In this document: positions 1 through 10,393 of the stretch, piece by piece
Position numbering within the stretch: the first letter of the stretch is position 1
How the letters are laid out: each line of letters opens with the position of its first letter
Origin: an uncultured delta proteobacterium
GTDB taxonomy: Bacteria > Myxococcota_A > Polyangia > Haliangiales > Haliangiaceae
Assembly: GCA_963764695.1 (NCBI GenBank)
Contig: CAVXTW010000015.1
Span: 477,845 to 509,682 of the forward strand
Reading direction: 5' to 3'
DNA length: 31,838 bases
Made by a program: the position numbers and the translations under genes
The notes under the pieces: generated by a model
What the model was told of the DNA's origin: nothing
Seen by the model: only the letters and a program-made list of their open reading frames with translations
Databases searched by the model: none

Positions 1-122
1 ATCGCGTCGAGTACCACGTGTTCACGATAGCGTGTTCGGTCGAACGCGACAACGATGAATCAGGCGCGGACCTGGACGTGTGGGCGCGTGTCCCGTTCGT
101 GAGGCGGGTGCGGTCTGCGCGA

Positions 123-887
123 CTACTCTTTCCGGGGATTGCCGGCGAGCAGCCGGCTACCCGGGTTGCCATCGGGGAACGTCACCTCGGCCGCGCTCGG
201 CCGGATGTAAACGGGAGTACCCGTCCGGGCCACGTTAACGCGCGATCCGGCGAGCGCAAGTCGCGCGACCGAGCGGGCCGTCGGCGTGATGCGCGCGCGA
301 GCGAGTGGCTCGGCGGCGCCGGCCAGGGCTGCACCATGAGACTCGAGCGCGTCGCCGATCAGCACCGCGCGCGAAAGCTGCGCCTCGCGCAGGAGCTCGG
401 CCACCACTGCGGCGAGCTCCGCCGGAACCATGATACGCTCCGCCCCCATCGCGTCGACGCGGTCGCCCTCGACGCGGAAGAAGCCGGCGCAGACCTCGCC
501 GCGGCGGGCATCGAAGGCCGGCACGACCAGCGTGTCGGCCAGCGGTTCGACGGCCGCGGCGTCCAGCGCCAGCGCCGCGAGCGAGGACACCGACCACAGC
601 GGCAGCCCGGTGGCGAAGCACAGCCCCTTGGCGGTGGCCATGCCGATGCGCAGGCCGGTGAAGGAGCCGGGGCCGGCGCCGATCGCGACCGCGGCCAGCT
701 GGGCGAGCTCCACGCCGGCCTCGCCGAGCACGCCGTCGATCAGGGCGATCAGGTCGTCGCTGCGGCTCTCGGCGCGCCCCTCGGCGGAGAGATCCACGCC
801 GGGCCCCAGGAGCGCAACGCTTGCGACCCGGGTCGATGTGTCGATGGCGAGGACCGGAGACACCCCGGGTGTACCGCTCCAATCCAT
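123..887 (-). CDS. tsaB: tRNA threonylcarbamoyladenosine biosynthesis protein TsaB (YeaZ)
   Basis: 254-aa ORF with the YeaZ/TsaB hallmarks AIDTST...SVAL and GPGSFTGLRIG...AKGL; divergent from the next gene. Confidence 0.85.
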   Translation of the reverse strand: MDWSGTPGVSPVLAIDTSTRVASVALLGPGVDLSAEGRAESRSDDLIALIDGVLGEAGVELAQLAAVAIGAGPGSFTGLRIGMATAKGLCFATGLPLWSVSSLAALALDAAAVEPLADTLVVPAFDARRGEVCAGFFRVEGDRVDAMGAERIMVPAELAAVVAELLREAQLSRAVLIGDALESHGAALAGAAEPLARARITPTARSVARLALAGSRVNVARTGTPVYIRPSAAEVTFPDGNPGSRLLAGNPRKE

Positions 888-961
888 GCTGTAGCGCCTC
901 CTACCACGTCTGGTACGCTGGTGAAAGACCCGTGGCCCTGAGCTCGGACGTCAAGAAGGGG

Positions 962-2740
962 ATGAAGCCGGAGGAGCTGGAAGAGCTACTCAACGGCCTC
1001 GAGAAGCTGCTGGAGCGCACGAAGGTGCTCTACGAGCAGTACTTCATGGGCATCCAGAAGATGGCCCCGCTGCAGCTGCACCGCGACGTCGAGCGCAAGG
1101 TGCGCGAGCTGATGCAGCAGCAGATCCGCAACACGGCGCTGCGGTTCCGGTTCACGACGATCAGCCAGAAGTTCGGGTCGTACTCGACCTACTGGAAGCG
1201 GACGCTGCGCGAGATCGAGCAGGGCAAGTACGTGCGCGACCTGGCCCGGGTCAAGCGCAAGGCCGACCAGATGGGCGAGGAGCTGCCCGAGGAGCTGCTG
1301 GTCAAGCTGCCCAAGCTGGTCCAGGACCGGATCCGGCGCGATCGCGAGCGCATGGCCGAGCGCGCGATGCGCGACGCCGAGCACGAGATCCGGGCGCGGG
1401 GCACGTCTGCCGGCGACAGCGGCGCCGACGACAGCCTGGCGCTGCACGAGATCAGCGACGTCGAGGCGCAGAGCCTGTTCAACGAGGGCGACCTGGACCT
1501 GGACAAGGTGTTCGAGGCGCTGACCGAGGCGCCGGCGCCCGAGGGGACGCCGGTTCCGGGCGCGACCCGGGCGGTGCCGGCCGCGGACGAGTCGGATGCC
1601 CGGCGCTCGGTCGACTTGCTGGAGCCGGATACGGAGACGCTGGAGCCGGACGGCGGCGGGGCGCCGGCGATGGATTCGTGGGCGGAGTCGCCGGAGCCGG
1701 ACGAATCGCCGGAGCCGGCCGTGGAGCCGCCGACGCCGGCAGAGTCGATGGTGGCCCAGGGCAAGGGACGCGCGGCCCGCGCCAGGGGTCGAACCGTGAC
1801 GTCGCCGATGGGCAAGGCGATCGCGGCGAGCCGGCCGTCAACCTCGGACGCATCGGATGCGTCGGACGGGTCGGATGCCCAGCCGGTCGCGCCGGTCGCG
1901 GACCCGCCGGTCGCGGACCCGCCGGTCGCGAACCCGCCGGTTGCGGCTCCCCCGGTCGCGGTCCGGTCAACCCCGCCGGTGTTCCGGGTCCCGCTGCCGC
2001 CGGGGGCAAGCCCGCGGCCGAGCGCGACCCCGCCGGAGCCTCCGGCTGCGGTGCCTCTGCCTCCCGTGCTGCCGCGCACCGCGACCGGGCCCCAGACCGC
2101 GCCCGCGCCCGTGCCGCCGCGGACCATGACCGGCCAGACGCCGCCCGTGTCGCCGGGCCCGCCCCCGCCCGTGCCGCCGCGGACCATGACCGGCCAGACG
2201 CCGCCCGTGTCGCCTGGCCCGGCCCCGCCCGTGCCACCGCGGACCATGACCGGCCAGACGCCGCCCGTGCCGCCGCGGACCGTGACCGGCCAGCAGACGC
2301 CGCGCGCCGCCACCGGACAGCCGACGCCGCGGGCCGCGACCGGCCAGCCAGTCCCACCGCGGACCGTGACCGGGCAGCAGACCCCGCCACCCCGCGCCGC
2401 CACCCCGCCGCCTCCGCCACGTGGCGCGACTCCGCCGCCTCCGCCTCGGGCTGCGACCGCGCGCCGGGCCGAGCCGCCTGCGCACCCGGCGCCCGACCTG
2501 CCGCCCGGCATGGACGACCGCGAGTGCCGCGAGCTCTATGCGCGCTACCTCAAGGCGCGCCAGCTTGTCGGCGAGAGCAACGACGACGTGACCTACGAGC
2601 GCCTGGTGAGCTCGCTCAGCAAGCAGGCCAGCGCGATCATGAACCAGCACAGCGCGCGGGGCGTCCAGTTCCACGTCGTGGTGCGCGGCGACAAGGTCGT
2701 GCTCAAGGCCAAGCCGCTCAAGCCGGGCAAGGACGAGTAG
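962..2740 (+). CDS. Pro-rich repeat protein with conserved N- and C-terminal domains (hypothetical)
   Basis: ATG at 962 preceded by AAGGGG. The listed ORF start at 821 adds an unlikely 47-aa leader. The charged helical N-domain (MKPEELEELLNGLEKLL...) and a globular C-domain (ECRELYARYLKARQL...) flank about 300 aa of PPVPPRTMTGQTPPVSPGP-type repeats. Confidence 0.6.
   Translation: MKPEELEELLNGLEKLLERTKVLYEQYFMGIQKMAPLQLHRDVERKVRELMQQQIRNTALRFRFTTISQKFGSYSTYWKRTLREIEQGKYVRDLARVKRKADQMGEELPEELLVKLPKLVQDRIRRDRERMAERAMRDAEHEIRARGTSAGDSGADDSLALHEISDVEAQSLFNEGDLDLDKVFEALTEAPAPEGTPVPGATRAVPAADESDARRSVDLLEPDTETLEPDGGGAPAMDSWAESPEPDESPEPAVEPPTPAESMVAQGKGRAARARGRTVTSPMGKAIAASRPSTSDASDASDGSDAQPVAPVADPPVADPPVANPPVAAPPVAVRSTPPVFRVPLPPGASPRPSATPPEPPAAVPLPPVLPRTATGPQTAPAPVPPRTMTGQTPPVSPGPPPPVPPRTMTGQTPPVSPGPAPPVPPRTMTGQTPPVPPRTVTGQQTPRAATGQPTPRAATGQPVPPRTVTGQQTPPPRAATPPPPPRGATPPPPPRAATARRAEPPAHPAPDLPPGMDDRECRELYARYLKARQLVGESNDDVTYERLVSSLSKQASAIMNQHSARGVQFHVVVRGDKVVLKAKPLKPGKDE
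1895..1965 (+). repeat. 15-bp tandem repeats (gccggtcgcggaccc) encoding PVADP x ~4
   Basis: Direct read of near-identical 15-mers within the CDS. Confidence 0.6.
2101..2290 (+). repeat. 60-bp tandem repeat, ~2.7 copies, in-frame (PPVPPRTMTGQTPPVSPGPA)
   Basis: Rows 2101-2160, 2161-2220 and 2221-2265 are nearly identical at exact 60-nt period; degenerate 'accggccag' repeats continue to ~2400. Confidence 0.8.
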
Positions 2741-2746
2741 GCGCGC

Positions 2747-4075
<1,329 letters not shown>

Positions 4076-4113
4076 ACCAACCCGACCAGGTCTTCGACCA
4101 CGTTCTGTCGGAC

Positions 4114-7100
4114 CTAGTGGGGCTGGGCGCTGCTGCCACTGTCGGCGAAGCGCGTCCGGCCGGTGTGATTCCACCAGTCGAGCCAGCGCTGCCGGGCCTG
4201 CTCGCGCTCGCGGCGCGGCAGATCGTGGTGGTAGCCGAAGTACTCGCCGGTCGCCTTGCGCAGGTCCTCGGCGGCGGAGCGGCGGATCTCGGTGTCCTTG
4301 TGGGCCAGGCCTTCGAGCAGCCACTCGATGCGGTTGCGGGTCCGGTTCTTGTCCCACCAGTGGCGCCACTTGCGATTGCTCGGGCCGAAGTCCTGCTTGG
4401 TCAGGCGCACCAGCGCGCGGCCCGCGATTGTCGCCGCCTCGCCGCCGCCGGCGTGGAGGTCGAGCAGGTCCGGGATCGCGCTGATGTCGGCCAGCTCGCC
4501 CAGCGCGGTCGCCGCGCACTCGATGGTGGTGAGATCGTCGCCGTGCAGCGCGCGTCGCGCGACAGCCAGCGCCGCGGCCAGGTGGGGCTGCGGATACGAC
4601 GCCAGCGCCTCGATCGCGATCGCCCGGGTGCCGCGGTCGGGGTCGAACAGCCGCTCGACCAGCGGCGGCAAGAGCGCCTCGAGCCGCATCTCCGACGCGC
4701 ACAGCGCGGCGTAGTAGCGGACGTCGTTGCCGCTGTCGCGCAGCTTCTCGCTCACCACGTCGGCCGCCGGCGCGCCCATCCGCACCGCGAGCTCGAGCAG
4801 GTGGCCGTGCTGGGCCGCGCGCACGTGGCGGCCGCCGATCTGCCGGCGGTCGAGGATGAGCCGGCCGGGGAAGTGGCGCCGCAGCCACGGCAGCACGTCG
4901 GCCGGCCGGGTGAGTGCCTCCTCCATCGCGCCGGCCGCCGCGGCGTCGTTGGCGCCGTCGACCGCGACCATCAGCGCCTCGACCTCGGGCGGGATCGGAA
5001 TGTCGGCCGCCGCGCTGCCGCTCGCCACCCGCGACTCGCCGGGCCGCGGGATCTCGCCCAGCAGGGTCGGCATCACGTCCGGCGAGACCGCCGCCATGCG
5101 CACTGTCGCGCGGTCGTCGACGCGCTCGGGCGCCTCCGCATCCGCGCGCTGGTCGACCGGCGCGTCCGCGGGCGGCGTCGCGGCCGGCATCTGCCTGCTC
5201 TGCGACATCGCCTTGCCGCGCATGATGATGCGGCCGAGCGCCTCGCTGGCGGTGGCGGCCAGCGGCAGGATCTCCGACGCCTCCGCCACCATCAGCATGT
5301 CGCCGCCGCGATGGCCGATGACCAGCGCCACCACCCGGTTGCGCAGCACCACCGGCAGCAGCAGCGCGCTCGGCGGGATCACGCCGCCCAGCCGCCGGAT
5401 CATCGCGTCGATGTCCTTGTCGCCGGTGGTGACCGGGCCGATGTAGGGCGACGCCGTGTTCACCGCCTGGCGGAACGCCGACGCGGTGTCGAGCGGGATG
5501 AGCACCTGGGCGATGTTGCTCTGCTCCACCTCGTCGCCGGCGATGGCCACGCGGCCGATGGCGGCCCCGCCCTGCACGGTCAAGAGGCCGACGTACCAGG
5601 TGCGCGCGCGGATGGCGCGCAAGAGGATCTGGAAGACCTCGTCGCGATGCTCGGCCGCTCCCAGCATCGCGCGCGCCTCGCTCACGCTGAGCGGCGTCGG
5701 GTCGAAGCCGCCCATGCGGCGGACCGACTGCGTGGTCGCGCCCGAGTCGCCCGCCATCGGCCCGGTCGGCGCCGACGGCAGCGGGGCGACCGGCGGGCCG
5801 CTTGCCTCGTCCTGCGGCCCGATCTCGCCGCTGACCGCGCTCGGACCGCGGCCGTCGTCGAACCGCGCCATCGGCGCGGTGACCGCCAGCCCGCCCGAGT
5901 CGGGGCCGTCGTACTCGATCACCACCTCGGCGGAGCTGCCGGACAGCACCTCGGGCGCGTCGCCCGCCGACCCGTCCGGCACCGTGTCCTCCGGCACCAG
6001 CGGCAGCGGCTCGTCGGTGGTGTGTCGCCTGTATGCCTCGGCCGCCTTCTGATCGACCTCGATCTGTCGCTGGCGCACCGCCTCCGGCGTCATGTCGCGC
6101 GTGCGCCGCCCGCTCGGATGCAGCGGCTGCGCGTCGGCCAGCGCCAGTGCCGCCGGCGTGGGCGCCGTGATGGCCCCGGACGCGTCGAAGGGCGCCGTCA
6201 CCTGTGCCTCGAGCGCCGCCTCGGCCGCGTTCATCGCGACCTGCGGCATGTTCGCCGCGACCGGGGCCGCAGCCGACGCGTCGGCAGCAGCCGCGGCCTC
6301 GGCAGCAGCCGCATCCGCCGCCGCCGCCGCAGCGGCCTCGGCAGCCGCCGCGTCCTCAGCAGCCTGGGCGTCGGCAGCGGCCTGGGCCTGCGCGTTCGCC
6401 CACGCTGCCTCCTGGGCCTCCACAGCAGCCCGCGCCTCGGCAGCCGCCCGGGCCTCTTCTGCAGCCTGCGCCTCCGCAGCCCGCGCCTCTTCCGCAGCCC
6501 GCGCCCCTTCCGCAGCCCGCGCCCCTTCCGCAGCCCGCGCCCCTTCCGCAGCCCGCGCCCCTTCCGCAGCCCGCGCCCCTTCCGCCGCCCGCGCCTCGGC
6601 AGCCGCCCGCGCATCTTCCGCAGCCCCGGCAGCAGTCCGCGCCCCGGCAGGAGCCCTGCCCCCGGCAACCTCAGCGTCCGCAGCCGCCTGCGCAGCGATC
6701 GCGGCCGCGCCCGGCCTGGTCTCCGCCGCCGACGGCGCAGCGGCCCAGCGCGCGGCCGCCGCATCGGCGCCCGGCCTGGTCGCCTCGTCGGTCGGCGCCG
6801 AGGCCGCACGCGCCTCCACATCAGCGACCACCACACCGGGCGACGTGTCCACCCCGGCCAGCGCTGCAGCGAGCGCGCCCGGCCTGGTCTCCTCCGGCGC
6901 CGGCGCCGAGGCGATGCGGGTCGGGGCCGACGCCACCGCCACGGCCGGGTCGAGCCTGGTCGGCTCGGCGGCCGGCGGCTGGGCGAGCGTGCCCACCACC
7001 ACCGACGGCGAGCCGCCGACCGGCGGGATCATCGACGGACGCGACGCCTCGGCCAGGCGCATGAACCGATCGTCGCTGGCCCGCCCGTACACGCGGTCGA

Positions 7101-7530
7101 AGGCCAGCTCGAAGCGAAACTCCGGCGCCACGAACGGCTGCACCGGCGCGCCCAGCTCGCTGGCCAGGTCCTCGAGCAGCCCGAGGTCAACCGGATCGCG
7201 CGCCAGCACCCGCATGGCGTCGCCGTCGAACGACAGCGGCACGACGCGGAAACGCTCGGCCAGCGCGCGCGGACATCGGCTGGCCGCGCGCGGCTCCATC
7301 CCGTCCAGCTCGCGCGCCGTCGCCGGCGGCAGCCCGGTCGCCAGCGACAGGTACTGCAGGAGCCGCTGCTCGGGCAGAAGGTTCATCTCGAGCAGGATGG
7401 TGTCGAGCGCGCCATCGAACAGCACCTGGCGCTGGAACGCCCGCTCCATCCGCCGCACGTCGACCACACCGTCGCGGACCAGCAGCGAGCTCAGGCGCGA
7501 TGTCCCACTCGTCTGGCTCGTCTCGCTCAT
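4114..7530 (-). CDS. multidomain protein: N-terminal MshEN/GspE-N (T2SSE_N) c-di-GMP-binding-type domain, Ala/Glu-rich low-complexity repeats, GAF-like middle region, C-terminal PBS-lyase HEAT repeats
   Basis: 1138-aa uninterrupted ORF. The N-terminal RLSSLLVRDGVVDVRRMERAFQRQ fits the 24-residue MshEN motif RLGxx(L/V/I)(L/V/I)xxG(L/V/I)(L/V/I)xxxx(L/V/I)xxxLxxQ. The central region has (EARAAEGARAA)n and three ETRPGA repeats. The C-terminus has HEAT-like D.D..VR..A..ALG repeats. Confidence 0.75.
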   Translation of the reverse strand: MSETSQTSGTSRLSSLLVRDGVVDVRRMERAFQRQVLFDGALDTILLEMNLLPEQRLLQYLSLATGLPPATARELDGMEPRAASRCPRALAERFRVVPLSFDGDAMRVLARDPVDLGLLEDLASELGAPVQPFVAPEFRFELAFDRVYGRASDDRFMRLAEASRPSMIPPVGGSPSVVVGTLAQPPAAEPTRLDPAVAVASAPTRIASAPAPEETRPGALAAALAGVDTSPGVVVADVEARAASAPTDEATRPGADAAAARWAAAPSAAETRPGAAAIAAQAAADAEVAGGRAPAGARTAAGAAEDARAAAEARAAEGARAAEGARAAEGARAAEGARAAEGARAAEEARAAEAQAAEEARAAAEARAAVEAQEAAWANAQAQAAADAQAAEDAAAAEAAAAAAADAAAAEAAAAADASAAAPVAANMPQVAMNAAEAALEAQVTAPFDASGAITAPTPAALALADAQPLHPSGRRTRDMTPEAVRQRQIEVDQKAAEAYRRHTTDEPLPLVPEDTVPDGSAGDAPEVLSGSSAEVVIEYDGPDSGGLAVTAPMARFDDGRGPSAVSGEIGPQDEASGPPVAPLPSAPTGPMAGDSGATTQSVRRMGGFDPTPLSVSEARAMLGAAEHRDEVFQILLRAIRARTWYVGLLTVQGGAAIGRVAIAGDEVEQSNIAQVLIPLDTASAFRQAVNTASPYIGPVTTGDKDIDAMIRRLGGVIPPSALLLPVVLRNRVVALVIGHRGGDMLMVAEASEILPLAATASEALGRIIMRGKAMSQSRQMPAATPPADAPVDQRADAEAPERVDDRATVRMAAVSPDVMPTLLGEIPRPGESRVASGSAAADIPIPPEVEALMVAVDGANDAAAAGAMEEALTRPADVLPWLRRHFPGRLILDRRQIGGRHVRAAQHGHLLELAVRMGAPAADVVSEKLRDSGNDVRYYAALCASEMRLEALLPPLVERLFDPDRGTRAIAIEALASYPQPHLAAALAVARRALHGDDLTTIECAATALGELADISAIPDLLDLHAGGGEAATIAGRALVRLTKQDFGPSNRKWRHWWDKNRTRNRIEWLLEGLAHKDTEIRRSAAEDLRKATGEYFGYHHDLPRREREQARQRWLDWWNHTGRTRFADSGSSAQPH
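6478..6590 (-). repeat. 18-bp tandem repeat x ~6 (plus-strand unit gcccgcgccccttccgca) encoding AEGARA repeats
   Basis: Direct read; near-perfect copies at 18-nt period inside the giant CDS. Confidence 0.75.
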
Positions 7531-7567
7531 CTCTGGCTCATCCTCGGATCATCTCCCCCGCTCACGG

Positions 7568-8248
7568 TCATGACTCGGCCACGACCACGTAGGTCCCGGC
7601 CAGCCAGTCGTGCAGCGCCCGCTTCTCGCTGTCGAACCCGATCCAGAAGAAGCCCAGCCCCAACGTGACGAGGCTGGCCAGATAGGCGGCGGTGCGCGCC
7701 GCGGTGCGCGGGATCGACGGTGAATCGCCGAACAGATCGATGACGCGCACGCGCAGGACGCGCATGCCGAGCGTGCGTCCGGTGGTGGCCTGGAACAGAA
7801 ACAGATAGATGAGGGCGATGGCGAGCGCCAGCCCGATGCCGCCGACCAGCGCCGGCTCGCCGGCCAGAAACATGTCCAGCCAGAAATCCAGCCCGCGGAA
7901 GTTCGACGGCGGCAGCCGGATGCCGGTGATGACCGCAGCCAGCCAGGTGAGAAGCAGCATCACCGGCGCCAGCACGCCCAGATCGATGAGCGCGGCGGCC
8001 AGCCGTCGCCAGAACCCGGCCACATAGAAGGTGGGTGCCGCCGTGCGACCGCCGCGCGGCACCGGCTGACGCGGCCCCGGATGCGGCGGGTGACCCTGCT
8101 GATGCCCGTGCTGATGCGACGGATCCCAGCCCGGCTGGTGGGCGCTATTGCGCACGCGACCATCCGGGTCGCGGCGCCCCCCTGGGCCCACCGCTCGTTC
8201 CCCCGGATCCGCGCCCAGTATTGCCGGTTGCCGCACGGACATTGTCAT
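7568..8248 (-). CDS. RDD family membrane protein
   Basis: Start taken at MTMSVRQP (ATG 8248) rather than the listed 8431. The RDD-domain pattern RRLAAALIDL...GRTLGMRVLRVRVID...KRALHDWLAGTYVV and TM helices are present. Confidence 0.75.
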   Translation of the reverse strand: MTMSVRQPAILGADPGERAVGPGGRRDPDGRVRNSAHQPGWDPSHQHGHQQGHPPHPGPRQPVPRGGRTAAPTFYVAGFWRRLAAALIDLGVLAPVMLLLTWLAAVITGIRLPPSNFRGLDFWLDMFLAGEPALVGGIGLALAIALIYLFLFQATTGRTLGMRVLRVRVIDLFGDSPSIPRTAARTAAYLASLVTLGLGFFWIGFDSEKRALHDWLAGTYVVVAES

Positions 8249-8276
8249 GGGTTTTACAGCGCGCGCACCGCGGAGA

Positions 8277-9035
8277 TCAAATCTCGCCGAGGACGTACGC
8301 GAGGATCGCGGCTCCCGCAACTGCTGCCGTGTCGGCGCGCAAGATCCGGGCACCCAGTCCCACTGCCGCGAACCCGGCAGCGGTCGCCGCCTCGACCTCG
8401 CCGGCGGACAGACCGCCCTCGGGTCCCACAAGCACCGCGACCGTGGCCGGCGGCCGCTCGGGCAGGGCCGATCGCAGCGGAACTGCCTTCGCCTCCTCCC
8501 AGAAGACCAGTTTCAGCTCCGCGTCCGCCGTCCGCGCAAGTGCCTGGTCGAGGCTGCAGATCGGGTCGACCACCGGCACCTGCATGGCCCGACATTGCTG
8601 GACCGCCGCCCTCACCTGGACGCGGAAGCGCTCGCGCCGCTTCTCGGCCCGCTCCCCGTCCAGCCGCACCACCGACCGCTCGGCGGTCAGCGGCACGATG
8701 CGCCCCACCCCGAGCTCGACGAGCTTGGTGAGACAGTAGTCCATCCGCTCACCCTTGATGAGCGACAGGATGACGGTGAGCCGCGCGGCCGTGCGCGGCG
8801 AGGCGACCGCGGTGCGCGCCCCCACGTCCAGGGCCGCGCTGCGCGAGCCGACGCTCTTGACCTCCGCCTCGGCCTCGCACCCTTCTCCGTCGAACAAGAG
8901 CAGCCTGTCACCCGGGCGCATGCGGCGCACGTGAAACAGGTAGTGGTAGTCCTCGCCGCGCACGCTGCGCTCGCCGGGCACCAGCTCCGACGGTGGGATC
9001 AGGACCCGGAGCAGCTGAGCAGCACCGCGCTCCAC
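8277..9035 (-). CDS. rsmE: 16S rRNA (uracil1498-N3)-methyltransferase RsmE
   Basis: Family hallmarks HYLFHVRRMRPGDRLLLFDGEG, LIKGERMDY, VGPEGGLS. The listed start overlaps prmA by 37 nt, so the true start may be internal. Confidence 0.8.
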   Translation of the reverse strand: MERGAAQLLRVLIPPSELVPGERSVRGEDYHYLFHVRRMRPGDRLLLFDGEGCEAEAEVKSVGSRSAALDVGARTAVASPRTAARLTVILSLIKGERMDYCLTKLVELGVGRIVPLTAERSVVRLDGERAEKRRERFRVQVRAAVQQCRAMQVPVVDPICSLDQALARTADAELKLVFWEEAKAVPLRSALPERPPATVAVLVGPEGGLSAGEVEAATAAGFAAVGLGARILRADTAAVAGAAILAYVLGEI

Positions 9036-9787
9036 GCCGTGTCCTCCTCGTCCCGGCGCAGCTCTTCCAGCGCCATCCCGTGCCCGCGATATCGATCGGC
9101 GACAGGCTCAGCCTGCTCCGACAACAGGCCGCTCAGCGCCAGCCATCCGCCCGGCGCCACGCGCTCGCACAGCGGCGCCGCCAGCTCGGCCAGGACGTCG
9201 GCCTGGATGTTGGCCAGCGCGAGGTCGAACGGGCCGCGCAGCTCGCGCAGGTCCGCGTTCGAGGTCTGGATGCGCGCGGCCCGGTTGGCGGCGATGTTCT
9301 CGGCCGCCACCGCGACCGCGGCGGCGTCGTTGTCGACCGCCAGCACCTCGGCCTGCGGCCACAGCACCGCCGCGCCCAGGGCCAGGATCCCGGACCCGGT
9401 CCCCAGATCGAGCACGCGCGCCGGGCGCACGCCGCGATCGGCGAGGTCCTGCAGGATGCGCAGGACCAGCCGGGTCAACGCATGGGCCCCGGTGCCGAAG
9501 GCCTGGCCCGGATCGAGGTGCACCACCCGATCGTCGGGCCCCGGCTGGTGGCTGTCCCAGCTGGGCACCACCACGATCTGCCGCGTGAGCCGTACCGTCC
9601 GGAAGTAGCGCTTCCACGCGTCGCGCCACTCCGCTTCGGGCGCCGCCTGGCGCGAACTGACCCCGGCCGGGTCCAGCGGCTGCCCGGTCGCGGCCAGCGA
9701 GGCGGCCGCCGTGCGCGCGGCCTGCTCGGCCTCGGGGGCGCGCTCGGCCGGCACCCAGAAGACGACCTCCCGGGCCCGCACCTCCAC
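8999..9787 (-). CDS. prmA: ribosomal protein L11 methyltransferase PrmA
   Basis: DPGQAFGTGAHALTRL and DLGTGSGILAL SAM motifs. PrmA-like N-terminal sequence (LTDWVEISIPV) continues in-frame upstream to ~9901 with no ATG/GTG/TTG, so the true start may be CTG at 9901 or the start was lost. Confidence 0.8.
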   Translation of the reverse strand: MEVRAREVVFWVPAERAPEAEQAARTAAASLAATGQPLDPAGVSSRQAAPEAEWRDAWKRYFRTVRLTRQIVVVPSWDSHQPGPDDRVVHLDPGQAFGTGAHALTRLVLRILQDLADRGVRPARVLDLGTGSGILALGAAVLWPQAEVLAVDNDAAAVAVAAENIAANRAARIQTSNADLRELRGPFDLALANIQADVLAELAAPLCERVAPGGWLALSGLLSEQAEPVADRYRGHGMALEELRRDEEDTAWSAVLLSCSGS

Positions 9788-9985
9788 GCCGCCGGCAGCA
9801 TCCGGGACGGCCGCCGCGAGCAGGGCAGCTGCCTCGTCTGCGGCGCCGTCGTCCGGCGCGCCGCCGATGACGGGGATCGAGATCTCGACCCAGTCAGTCA
9901 GAGCGCGCCGCCGTTCGCCCGATGCCGTGACCGGCAGGCGTGAGCGTCGTCAGCCACGAATTTCTCCGTCCCCCCGCCGGGGCGC

Positions 9986-10201
<216 letters not shown>

Positions 10202-10285
10202 AGAGCCATCGTGGGTACACGAATACTCAACCAGAATCAAGTGTATGGCCGCGAAGTGAATTCAATATAGGTGTAAATATCCCCC

Positions 10286-10314
10286 TTGACTAGAATGTTT
10301 ACGGCGGATAGTGT
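10286..10314 (+). promoter_or_regulatory. sigma70-like promoter: TTGACT (10286-10291), 17-nt spacer, TAGTGT (10309-10314)
   Basis: Read directly in the AT-richer rpsU/small-ORF divergent intergenic region; downstream is AGGAGGG (10384-10390) followed by GTG 10394. Confidence 0.45.
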
Positions 10315-10393
10315 TCGTGTTCAGTTTCCGCCGGCGGGGCACTACAGCAGGCAGGTTGTGCGTCAACTGCTGCTTCCTACTAGGAGGGTGAGA

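Noticed and set aside
1189-2511. 440-aa and 313-aa minus-strand ORFs over the Pro-rich repeat region
   Set aside because: Antisense reading of GC-rich repeats (Gly/Arg runs); not credible.
6092-7573. Plus-strand Ala/Ser/Pro-rich ORFs (493 aa, 286 aa) antisense to the giant gene
   Set aside because: Mirror of the Ala/Glu repeat tract; no start context or domain.
9941-9985. GC hairpin (CCCC-GGCG-GGGG) just 3' of rpsU as a terminator
   Set aside because: No U-tract, and PrmA homology begins ~50 nt downstream, implying read-through rather than termination.
10202-10240. N-terminal extension MILVEYSCTHDGS of rpsU from the listed ORF
   Set aside because: S21 homology begins at the internal ATG (MEPLFGKPVEV...); the extension would run into the divergent promoter region.
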